Assembly: GCF_009914755.1 (NCBI RefSeq)
Contig: NC_060933.1
Source: the human T2T-CHM13v2.0 reference genome, Homo sapiens
Direction: 5' to 3' (one strand)
DNA length: 64,000 bases
In this document: positions 1-12,800 of the stretch, one piece after another
How positions within the stretch are numbered: position 1 is the first letter of the stretch
Layout: each line of letters starts with the position of its first letter
The notes under the pieces: model-generated
The model's input: the letters and a program-made list of their open reading frames with translations, nothing else
What the model was told of the DNA's origin: nothing
Database searches by the model: none
Made by a program: the position numbers and the translations under genes

Positions 1-3000
1 TTCCATTCCATTCTATTCCGTACCATGCCATTCCATTCCGTACAATTCCATTCCATTCCATTCCACTCCGTTCCGTTCCGTTCCGTTCCGTTCCGTTCCA
101 TTCCATTCCATTCCATTCTATTCGGGTTAATTCCATTCCATTCCATTCGATTGCAATCGAGTTGATTCCATTCCATTCCATTCCATTCCATTCCATTCCA
201 TTCCATTCCATTCCTTTCCATTCCATTACGGATGATTCCATTGCATTGCATTCCATTCCATTCCATTCCCCTGTACTCGGGTTGATTCCATTCCATTCCA
301 TTCCAATCCATGCCATTCCACTCGTGTTGATTCCATTCTTTCCATTCCATTCAAGTTGAATCCATTCCATTGCCTTCCATTCCATTCCATTCCCCTGCAG
401 TCGGGTTGATTCCATTCCATTCCATTCCATTCCATTCCATTCCATTCCATTACGTTCCGTTCCATTCCATTCCATTCCATTCTATTCGGGTTAATTCCAT
501 TCCGTTCCATTCCATTCCATTCCAATCGATTTGATTCCATTCCATTCCATTCCATTCCATTCCACTCCATTCCAGTCCATTCCATTCCATTCCACTCGGG
601 TTGATTCCAATGTATTCCTTTCCATTCCATTCCATTCCATTGCAATCGAGTTGATTCCATTGCTTTGCATTCCATTCCATTCCATTCCATTCCGGATGAT
701 TCCATTCCATTGCATTCCATTCCATTCCATTCCCCTGCACTCGGGTTGATTCCATTCCATTCTACTCCATTCCGTTCCATTCCATTCCATTCCATTGTAT
801 TCGGGTTAATTCCATTCCATTCCATTCCATTGCATTCCATTCCATTCCATTACAATCGAGTTGATTCCATTCCATTCCATTCCATTCCATTCCACTCCAT
901 TCCAGTCCTTTCCATTCCATTCCACTCGGGTTGATTCCATTCTATTAGTTTCCATTCCATTCCCTTCCCTTCCATTCCACTCTGGTTGATACCATTCCTT
1001 TCCATTCCACTCGAATACATTCCCTCCTATTCCACTCGGAACGATTCCATTCCATTCCATTCCATTCCATTCCATTCCATTCCATTCCATTTCGTTCCAT
1101 TCCATTCTATTCCGCATCATTCCATTCCATTCCATTCCATTCCATTCCATTCCATTCCATTGTACTCGGGTTGAATCAATTCCATTGCATTGCATTCGAT
1201 TCCATTCCATTCCATTCCGTTGCATTCCATTCCATTACATTCGGATTGATTCTATTCAACTCCCTTACTCTCCATTACATTCCATTCCATTCGGGTTGTT
1301 CCATTCCATTCCATTCCATTCCATTCCACTCCATTCCATTGCACTCGGGTTGATTCCATTCCATTCTATTCCATTCCATTCCATTCCATTCCATTCCGGA
1401 TGATTCCATTCCATTGCATTCCGTTACATTACATTCCCCTGCACTCGCGTTGATTCCATTCCATTCCATTCCATTCCATTACAATTCGTTCCATTCCATT
1501 CTAATCCGTACCATTCCATTCCATTCCATTCCATTCCATACCATTCCATTCCATTCCATTCCATTCCATTCCGTTCCATTCCATTCCATTCCATTCTATT
1601 CGGATTAATTCCATTCCATTCCATTCCATTCCATTCTATTCCATTCCATTGCAATCGAGTTGAATCCATTGCATTTCATTCCATTCCATTAAATTCCATT
1701 CCATTCCAGAAGATTCCATTCCATTGCATTCCATTCCATTCCATTCCCCTGCACTCGCGTTGATCCCATTCCATTCCATTCCATTCCATTCCATTCCATT
1801 CCGTTCCGTTCCATTCCATTCCATTCCATTCAATTCCATTCCGTTCCGTTCCATTCCATTCCATTCCATTCTATTCGGGTTAATTCCATTCCATTCCATT
1901 CGATTGCAATCGAGTTGATTCCATTCCATTCCATTCCATTCCATTCCATTCCATTCCTTTCCATTCCATTTCAGATGATTCCATTCCATTGCATTCCATT
2001 CCATTCCATTCCCCTGTACTCAGGTTGATTCCATTCCATTCCATTCCAATCCATGCCATTCCACTCGTGTTGATTCCATTCTTTCCATTCCATTCAAGTT
2101 TAATCCATTCCATTGCATTCCATTCCATTCGATTCCATTCGATTGCACTCGGGTTCATTCCATTCCATTGCATTCCATTCCATTCCATTCCATTCCATTC
2201 CGTTCCATTCCATTCCATTACATTCGGATTGATTCTATTCAATTCCCTTACTCTCCATTACATTCCAGTCCATTCGGGTTGTTCCATTCCATTCCATTCC
2301 ATTCCACTCCATTCCATTGCACTCGGGTTGATTCCATTCCATTCCAATCCATTCCATTCCGGATGATTCCATTCCATTGCATTCCGTTCCATTACATTCC
2401 CCTGCACTCGGGTTGACTCCATTCCATTCCATTCCATTCCATTCCATTCGATTCCATTCCATTCCCCTGCCCTCGCGTTGATTCTATTCCATTCCATTCC
2501 ATTCCATTCCATTCCATTCCATTCCAATCCTTTCCATTCCATTCCATTCCATTCCATTCCTTTCCGTTCCGTTCCGTTCCATTCCATTCCATTCCATTCC
2601 ATTCTATTCAGGTTAATTCCATTCCATTCCATTCGATTGCAATCGAGTTGATTCCATTCCATTCCATTCCATTCCATTCCATTGCATTCCATTCCATTCC
2701 TTTCCATTCCATTACGGATGACTCCATTCCATTGCATTCCATTCCATTCCATTCCCCTGTACTCGGGTTGATTCCATTCCATTCCATTCCATTCCATCCA
2801 TTCCAATCCATTCCATTCCATTCCGGATGATTCCATTCCATTGCATTCCGTTCCATTACATTCCCCTACACTCGGGTTGATTCCATTCCATTCCATTCCA
2901 TTCCATTCCATTCCATTCGTTTCCATTCCATTCCAATTCTTTCCATTCCATTCTATTCCGTACCATTCCATTCCATTCCATACAATTCCATTCCATTCCA

Positions 3001-3319
3001 TTCCATTCCATTCCATTCCATTCCGTTCCGTTCCATTCCGTTCCATTCCGTTCCGTTCCGTTCCGTTCCATTCCATTCCATTCCATTCTATTCTGGTTAA
3101 TTCCATTCCATTCCATTAGAATGCAATCGAGTTGATTCCATTCCATTCCATTCCATTCCATTCCGTTCCATTCCGTTCCGTTCCGTTCCGTTCCGTTCCA
3201 TTCCATTCCATTCCATTCTATTCTGGTTAATTCCATTCCATTCCATTCCATTCCATTCTATTCCATTCCATTGCAATCGAGTTGAATCCATTGCATTCCA
3301 TTCCATTCCATTCCATTCC

Positions 3320-3334
3320 ATTCCGGAAGATTCC
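3320..3334. promoter_or_regulatory. Representative perfect HSE, ATTCC-GGAAG-ATTCC
   Basis: aTTCc gGAAg aTTCc is three alternating nGAAn units. It also contains the palindrome TTCCGGAA with a central CpG. Confidence 0.65.
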
Positions 3335-6300
3335 ATTCCATTTCATTCCATTCCATTCCATTCCCCTGCACTCGCATTTATTCTTTTCAGTTCCATTCCA
3401 TTCCATTCCATTCCATTCTGTTCCGTTCCATTCCATTCCATTCCATTCCGTTTCGTTCCATTCCGTTCCATTCCATTCCATTCCATTCTATTCGGGTTAA
3501 TTCCATTCCATTCCATTCGAATGCAATCGAGTTGATTCCATTCCATTCCATTCCATTCCATTCCATTCCATTCCATTCCATTCCATTCCATTCTGTTCCA
3601 TTACATTACGAATGATTCCATTCCATTGCATTCCATTCCTTTCCATTCCCCTGTACTCGGGTTGCTTCCATTCCATTCCATTCCATTCCATGCCCTTCTA
3701 CTCGTGTTGATTCCATTCTTTCCATTCCATTCAAGTTGAATCCATTCCATTGCATTCCATTCCATTCGATTCCATTCCATTGACTCGGGTTTATTCCATT
3801 CCATTGCATTCCATTCCATTCCATTCCATTCCATTCCATTCCATTCCATTCCGTTCCATTCCATTCCATTACATTCGGATTGATTCTATTCAATTCCCTT
3901 ACACTCCATCACATTCCATTCCATTAGGGTAGTTTCAATTCCATTCCATTCCATTCCTCTCCATTCCATTGCACTCGGGTTGATTCCATTCCATTCCATT
4001 CCATTCCATTCCATTCCATTCCATTCCATTCCGTTCCATTGCATTCCATAACTTTCGGATTGATTCTTTTCAACTCCCTTACTTTCCATTACATTCCAGT
4101 CCATTCGGGTTGTTCCATTTCATTCCATTCCATTCCACTCCATTCCATTGCACTCGGGTTGATTCCATTCCATTCCATTCCATTCCATTCCGGATGATTC
4201 CATTCCATTGCATTCCGTTCCATTACATTCCCCTGCACTCGGGTTGATTCCATTCCATTCCATTCCATTCCATTCCATTCGATTCCATTCCATTCCCCTG
4301 CACTCGCGTTGATTCCATTCCATTCCATTCCATTCCATTCCATTCCATTCCATTCCATTACTTTCCGTTCCATTCCATTCCATTCCATTCCATTCCATTC
4401 CATTCCATTCCGTTCCGTTCCGTTCCATTCCATTCCATTCCATTCTATTTGGGTTAATTCCATTCCATTCCATTCGATTGCAATCGAGTTGATTCCATTC
4501 CATTCCATTCCATTCCTTTCCATTCCATTACGGATGATTCCATTCCATTGCATTCCATTCCATTCCATTCCCCTGTACTCGGGTTGCTTCCATTCCATTC
4601 CATTCCAATCCATTCCATTCCACTCGTGTTGATTCCATTCTTTCCATTCCATTCAAATTGAATCCATTCCATTGCATTCCATTCCATTCGATTCCATTCC
4701 ATTGCACTCGGGTTGATTCCATTCCATTGCATTCCATTCCATTCCATTCCATTCCATTCCACTCCTTTCCATTGCATTCCATTACATTCGGATTGATTTT
4801 ATTCAATTCCCTTACACTCCATTCCATTCCATTCCATTCGGTTAGTTTCCATTCCATTCCATTCCATTCCTCTCCATTCCATTACACTCGGGTTGATTCC
4901 ATTCCATTCCATTCCATTCCATTCCATTCCCTTCCATTCCATTGTACTCGGGTTGATTCCATTCCATTCCATTCCATTCCATTCCATTCCATTCCATTCC
5001 GTTCCATTCCATTCCATTCCCTTCGGATTGATTCTTTTCAACTCCCTTACTCTCCATTACTTTCCATTCCATGTGGGTTGTTCCATTCCATTCCATTCCA
5101 TTCCACTCCATTCCATTGCACTCGGGTTCATTCCATTCCATTCCATTCCATTCCATTCCGGATGATTCCATTCCCTTGCATTCCGTTCCATTACATTCCC
5201 CTGGACACGGGTTGATTCCATTCCATTCCATTCCATTCCATTCCATTCCATTCCATTCCATTCCACTCCATTCCATTCCCGTGCACTCGTGTTGATTCCA
5301 TTCCATTCCATTCCATTCCATTCCATTCCATTCCATTACTTTCCGTTCCGTTCCATTCCATTCCATTCCATTCCATTCCGTTCCGTTCCATTCCATTCCA
5401 TTCCATTCTATTCGGGTTAATTCCATTCCATTCCATTCGATTGCAATCGAGTTGATTCCATTCCATTCCATTCCATTCCATATCATTCCTTTCCATTCCA
5501 TTACGGATTATTCCATTCCATTGCATTCCATTCCATTCCATTCCCCTGTACTTGGGTTGATTCCATTCCATTCCATTCCAATCCATGCCATTCCACTCGT
5601 GTTGATTCCATTCTTTCCATTCCATTCAAGTTGAATCCATTCCATTGCATTCCATTCCATTCGATTCCATTCGATTGAACTCGGGTTGATTCCATTCCTT
5701 TGCATTCCATTCCATTGCATTCCATTCCATTCCATTCCATTCAATTCCGTTCCATTCCATTACATTCGGATTGTTTCTATTCAACTCCCTTACTCTCCAT
5801 TACATTCCATTCCATTCGGGTTGTTCCATTCCATTCCATTCCATTCCACTCCATTCCATTGCACTCGGGTTGATTCCATTCCATTCCATTCCATTCCATT
5901 CCATCCATTCCAATCCATTCCATTCCATTCCGGATGATTCCATTCCATTGCATTCCGTTCCATTACATTCCCCTACACTCGTGTTGATTCCATTCCATTC
6001 CATTCCATTCCATTCGTTTCCATTCCATTCCAATTCTTTCCATTCCATTCTATTCCGTACCATTCCATTCCATTCCATACAACTCCATTCCATTCCATTC
6101 CATTCCATTCCATTCCATTCCATTCCATTCCGTTCCGTTCCGTTCCGTTCCTTTCCATTCCATTCCATTCCATTCTATTCGGGTTAATTCCATTCCATTC
6201 CATTCCATTCCATTCCATTCTATTCCATTCCATTGCAATCGAGTTGAATCCATTGCATTCCATTCCATTCCATTCCATTCCATTCCATTCCATTCCGGAA

Positions 6301-9300
6301 GATTCCATTCCATTGCATTCCATTCCATTCCATTCCCCTGCAGTCGCTTTTATTCTTTTCAGTTCCAATCCATTCCATTCCATTCCATTCCGTTCCGTTC
6401 CATTCCATTCCATTCCATTCCATTCCATTACAATTCCTTCCATTCCATTCTATTCCGTACCATTCCATTCCATTCCATACCATTCCATTCCATTCCATTC
6501 CATTCCATTCCATTCCGTTCCATTCCGTTCCATTCCATTCCATTCCATTCCATTCTATTCGGGTTAATTCCATTCCATTCCATTCCATTCCATTCCATTC
6601 TATTCCATTCCATTTCAATCGAGTTGAATCCATTGCATTTCATTCCATTCCATTCCATTCCATTCCATTGCATTCCATTCCATTCCATTACATTCCATTC
6701 CATTCCATTCCATTCCTTTCCGTTCCATTCCATTCCATTCCATTCCATTCCATTCCATTCCGTTCCGTTCCGTTCCGTTCCGTTCCATTCCATTCCATTC
6801 CATTCTATTTGGGTTATTTCCATTCCATTCCATTCGATTGGAACCGAGTTGATTCCATTCCATTCCATTCCATTCCATTCCATTCCATTCCATTCCTTTC
6901 CTTTCCATTCCATTACGGATGATTCCATTCCATTCCATTCCATTCCATTCCATTCCATTCCATTCCATTCCCCTGTACTCGGGTTGATTCCATTCAATTC
7001 CATTCCATTCAAGTTGAATCCATTCCATTGCATTCCATTCCATTCGATTCCATTCCATTGCACTCGGGTTTGTTCCATTCCATTGCATTCCATTCCATTC
7101 CATTCCATTCCATTCCGTTCCATTCCATTTCATTACATTCGGATTGATTCTATTCAATTCCCTTACACTCTATTACATTCCATTCCATTCGGGTAGTTTC
7201 CATTCCATTCCATTCCATTCCTCTCCATTCCATTGCACTCGGGTTGATTCCATTCCATTCCATTCCATTCCATTCCATTCCATTCCATTCCATTACTTTC
7301 GGATTGATTCTTTTCAACTCCCTTACTCTCCATTACATTCCATTCCATTCGGGTTGTTCCATTCCATTCCATTCCATTCCACTCCATTCCATTGCACTCG
7401 GTTGATTCCATTCCATTCCATTCCATTCCGGATGATTCCATTCCATTGCATTCCGTTCCATTACATTCCCCTGCACTCGGGTTGATTCCATTCCATTCTA
7501 TTCCATTCCATTCGATTCCATTCCATTCCCCTGCACTCGCGTTGATTCCATTCCATTCCATTCCATTCCATTCCATTCCATTCCATTCCATTCCTTTCCG
7601 TTCCATTCCATTCCATTCCATTGCATTCCGTTCCGTTCCGTTCCATTCCATTCCATTCCATTCTATTCGGGTTAATTCCATTCCATTCCATTGCAATCGA
7701 GTTGATTCCATTCCATTGCATTCCATTCCATTCCATTCCATTCCATTCATTTCCATTCCATTACGGATGATTCCATTCCATTGCATTCCATTCCATTCCA
7801 TTCCCCTGTACTCGGGTTAATTCCATTCCATTCCATTTCATTCCATTCCATTCCGTTCCATTCCATTACATTCGGATTGTTTCTATTCAACTCCCTTACT
7901 CTCCATTACATTCCATTCCATTCGCGTTGTTCCATTCCATTCCATTCCATTCCACTCCATTCCATTGCACTCGTGTTGATTCCATTCCATTCCATTCCAT
8001 TCCATTCCATTCCAATCCATTGTACTCGGTTTGATTCCATTCCATTGCATTCCATTCCATTCCATTCCATTCCTTTCCATTCCTTTCCATTACATTCGGA
8101 TTGATTCTATTCAACTCCCTTACTCTCCATTACATTCCATTCCATTCTGGTAGTTCCATTCCATTCCATTCCATTCCATTCCACTCCATTCCATTGCACT
8201 CGTGTTGATTCCATTCCATTCCATTGCATTCCGTTCCGCATGATTCCATTCCATTGCATTGCATTCCATTCCATTCCCCTGCAGTTGGGTTGATTCCATT
8301 CCATTCCATTCAATTCCATTCCATTCCATTCCATTCCGTTCCGTTCCATTCCATTCCATTCCATTCCGTTCCATTCCATTCCTTTCCGTTCCATTCCATT
8401 CCATTCCATTCCATTCCATTCCATTCCGTTCCGTTCCGTTCCGTTCCATTCCATTCCATTCCATTCTATTCGGGTTAATTCCATTCCATTCCATTCGAAT
8501 GCAATCGAGTTGATTCCATTCCATTCCATTCCATTCCATTCCGTTCCATTCCATTCCATTCCTTTCCATTCCATTACGGATGATTCCATTCCATTGCATT
8601 CCATTCCATTCCAATCCATTGTATTCGGGTTAATTCCATTCCATTCCATTCCATTCCATTGCATTCCATTCCATTCCATTACAATCGAGTTGATTCCATT
8701 CCATTCCATTCCATTCCATTCCATTCCAGTCCTTTCCATTCCATTCCACTCGGGTTGATTCCATTCTATTAGTTTCCATTCCATTCCATTCCCTTCCATT
8801 CCACTCTGGTTGATTCCATTCCTTTCCATTCCACTCGAATACATTCTCTCCTATTCCACTCGGAACGATTCTATTCCATTCCATTCCATTCCATTCCATT
8901 CCATTCCATTCCATTCCGGTTGATTCCATTCCATTGCAATCCATTCCATTCCATTCCCCTGCACTCGCGTTGATTCCATTCCATTGCATTCCATTCCATT
9001 CCGTTCCGTTCCGTTCCATTCCATTCCATTCCATTCCGTTCCGTTCCGTTCCGTTGCATTCCATTCCATTCTATTCGGGTTAATTCCATTCCATTCCATT
9101 CGATTGCAATCGAGTTGATTCCATTCCATTCCATTCCATTCCATTCCATTCCATTCCATTCCATTCCTTTCCATTACATTACGGATGATTCCATTCCATG
9201 GCATTCCATTCCATTCCATTCCCCTGTTATCGGTTTGATTTCATTCCATTCCATTCCATTCCATGCCATTCCACTCCTGTTGATTCCATTCTTTCCATTC

Positions 9301-9879
9301 CATTCAAGTTGAATCCATTCCATTGCATTCCATTCCATTCGATTCCATTCGATTGCACTCGGGTTGATTCCATTCCATTGCATTCCATTCCGTTCCGTTC
9401 CATTCCATTACTTTCGGATTGATTCTATTCAATTCCCTTACACTCCATTACATTCCATTCCATTCGGGTAGTTTCCATTCCATTCCATTCCATTCTTCTC
9501 CATTCCATTGCACTCGGGTTGATTCCATTCCATTCCATTCCATTCCATTCCATTCCATTCCGGATGATTCCATTCCATTGAATTCCATTCCATTCCATTC
9601 CCCTGCACTTGGGTTGATTCCATTCCATTCCATTCCATTCCTTTCCGTTCCAATCCATTCCATTCAATTCCATTCCATTCTATTCGTGTTAATTCCATTC
9701 CATTCTATTCCATTCCATTCCATTGAAATCGAGTTGATTCCATTCCATTCCATTCAATTCCATTCCATTCCGGATGATTCCATTCCATTGCATTCCATTC
9801 CATTCCATTCCCCTGCACTCGGGTTGAATCCATTCCATTCCATTCCATTCCATTCCGTTCCATTCCGTTCCATTGCATT

Positions 9880-12800
9880 CTATTCGGGTTAATTCCATTC
9901 CATTCCATTCCACTCCATTCCAGTCTTTTCCATTCCATTCCACTCGGGTTGATTCCTTTCTATTCCTTTCCATTCCATTCCATTCCATTGCAATCGGGTT
10001 GATTCCATTCGAGTTGAATCCATTCCATTCCATTCCATTCCATTACATTGCACACAGGTTCATTCCATTCCATTCCATTAAATTCCATTCCACTCCATTT
10101 CATTCCATTCCATTCCATTCCATTCTATTCCGTACCATTCCATTCCATCCCATTCCATTCCATTCCATTCCATTCCATGCCATTACACTCGGGTTGATTC
10201 CACTCCTTTCCATTCCATTCTTGTTGAATCCATTCCATTCCATTCCATTCCATTCGAATCCATTCCATTGCACTCGGGTTGATTCCATTCCATTCCACTC
10301 CATTCCAGTTCATTCCATTCCATTCCATTACATTCAGATTGATTCTATTCAATTCCCTTACACTCCATTACATTCCATTCCATTCGGGAAGTTTCCATTC
10401 CATTCCATTCCATTCCATTCCACTCCATTCCATTGCATTGGGTTGATTGCATTCCATTCCATTCCATTCCATTCCGGATGATTCCATTCCATTGCATTCC
10501 ATTCCATTCCATTCCCCTGCACTCGGGTTGATTACATTCCATTCCATTCCCTTCCATTCGTTTCCATTCCATTCCCTTCCATTCGTTTCCATTCCATTCC
10601 ACTCCATTGCAATCGAGTTGATTCCATTCCATTCCATTCCATTCCATTCCATTCCATTCCATTCCGGATGATTGCATTCCATTGCATTCCATTCCATTCC
10701 ATTCCCCTGCACTCGGGTTGATTCCATTCCATTTCATTCCATTTCATTCCGTTCCATTCTATTCCATTCCATTCTATTCGAGTTAATTCCATTCCATTCC
10801 ATTAAAATTCCATTCCATTCCATTCCATTGCAATCGAGTTGATTCCATTCCATTCCATTCCATTCCATTCCATTCCAGTCGATTTGATTCCATTGCATTC
10901 CATTCCATTCCACTCCATTCCAGTCCTTTGCATTCCATTCCACTCGGGTTGATTCCAGTCTATTCCTTTCCATTCCATTCCATTCCATTGCAATCGAGTT
11001 GATTCCTTTCGAGTTGAATCCATTCCATTCCATTCCATTCCATTGCACACGGGTTCATTCCATTCCATTCCATTCCATTTCATTCCATTCCATTCTATTC
11101 CGTACCATTCCATTCCATCCCGTTCCATTCCATTCCATTCCATGCCATTACACTCGGGTTGATTCCATTCCTTTCCATTCCATTCTTGTTGAATCCATTC
11201 CATTCCATTCCATTATATTCGAATCCATTCCATTCCATTCGAATCCATTCCATTGCACTCGGTTTGATCCATTCCATTCCATTCCATTCCATTTCATTCC
11301 ATTTCCTTCCATTTCATTCGGACTGGTTCTATTCAATTGCCTTACTCTCCATTACATTCCATTCCATTCTCGATGTTTCCATTCCATTCCATTCCATTCC
11401 ATTCCATTCCATTCCATTGCATCGGGATCATTCCATTCCATTCCATTCCATTCCATTCCATTCCATTCCATTCCATTCCATTCCGGATGATTCCATTCCA
11501 TTGCATTCCATTCCACTCCATTCCCCTGCACTCGGGTTGATTGCATTCCATTTCCTTCCCTTCCATTCCTTTCCATTCCATTCCATTCCATTCTATTCGG
11601 GTTAATTCCATTCCATTCAACTCCATTCCACTCCATTCCATTCCATTTCATTCCATTCCATTGCAATCGAGTTGATTCCATTCCATTCCATTCCATTCCG
11701 TTCCGGATGATTCCATTCCATTGCATTCCATTCCATTCCATTCCCGTGCAGTCGGGTTGATTGCATTCCATTCCATTCCATTCCACTCCATTCCGTTCTG
11801 TTCCATTCCATTCCATTCCATTCCATTCTATTCTGGTTAATTCCATTCCATTCCATTCCATTCCATTCCAATCGAGTTGATTCCATTCCATTCCATTCCA
11901 TTCCATTCCACTCCATTCCAGTCCTTTGCATTCCATTCCACTCTGGTTGATTCCATTCTATTCCTTTCCATTCCAATCCATTCCATTGCAATCGAGTTGA
12001 TTCCATTCGAGTTGAATCCATTCCATTCCATTTCATTCTATTACATTGCACACGGGTTCATTCCATTCCATTCCATAAATTCCATTCCATTCCATTTCAT
12101 TCCATTCCATTCTATTCCGTACCATTCCATTCCATCCCATTCCATTCCATTCCATTCCATTCCATCCCATTGCATTCGATTCCATTCCATTCCATGCCAT
12201 TACACTCGGGTTGATTCCATTCCTTTGCATTCCATTCTTGTTGAATCCATTCCATTCCATTCCATTCCATTCGAATCCATTCCATTGCACTCGGGTTGAT
12301 TCCATTCCATTCCATTCCATTCCATTTCATTCCTTTCCATTCCATTACATTCGGATTGATTCTATTCAATTCCCTTACACTCCATTACATTCCATTCCAT
12401 TCGGGATGTTTCCATTCCATTCCATTCCATTCCATTCCACTCCATTCCATTGCATCGCGTTGATTGCATTCCATTCCAATCCATTCCATTCCGGATGATT
12501 CCATTCCATTGCATTCCATTCCATTCCATTCCCCTGCACTCGGGTTGATTACATTCCATTCCATTCCCTTCCATTCCTTTCCATTCCATTCCACTCCATT
12601 GCAATCGAGTTGATTCCATTCCATTCCATTCCATTCCATTCCATTCCATTCCATTCCATTCCATTCCATTCCATTCCATTCCGGATGATTGCATTCCATT
12701 GCATTCCATTCCATTCCATTCCCCTGCACTCGTATTGATTCCATTCCATTTCATTCCATTACATTCCGTTCCATTCCATTCCATTCCATTCTATTCAGGT

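Noticed and set aside
118-131. DUX4 site in CTATTCGGGTTAA, or EWS-FLI1 GGAA microsatellite
   Set aside because: There are three mismatches to TGATTRRRTTA, and the repeat is the pentamer GGAAT rather than tetrameric (GGAA)n.
1036-1049. Other GAA-containing spacers (CGGAACGATTCC, TTCGAATCC, TTGAATTCC, TTGAAGGC) as HSEs or STAT GAS sites
   Set aside because: The GAA-TTC spacing is 0, 3 or 4 nt or in the wrong order, not the alternating 2-nt spacing of an HSE or TTC-N3-GAA.
3377-3394. TTTATTCTTTTCAG resembling a 3' splice acceptor (also ~6349)
   Set aside because: It lies on the pyrimidine-rich strand, where such tracts arise easily. There is no donor or exon context, and the two copies are one duplicated variant.
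9347-9364. CENP-B-box look-alike ATTCGATTGCACTCGGGT (many copies)
   Set aside because: The CENP-B box needs TTCG-N4-A-N2-CGGG. Here the first spacer is 5 nt, and there is no alpha-satellite context.
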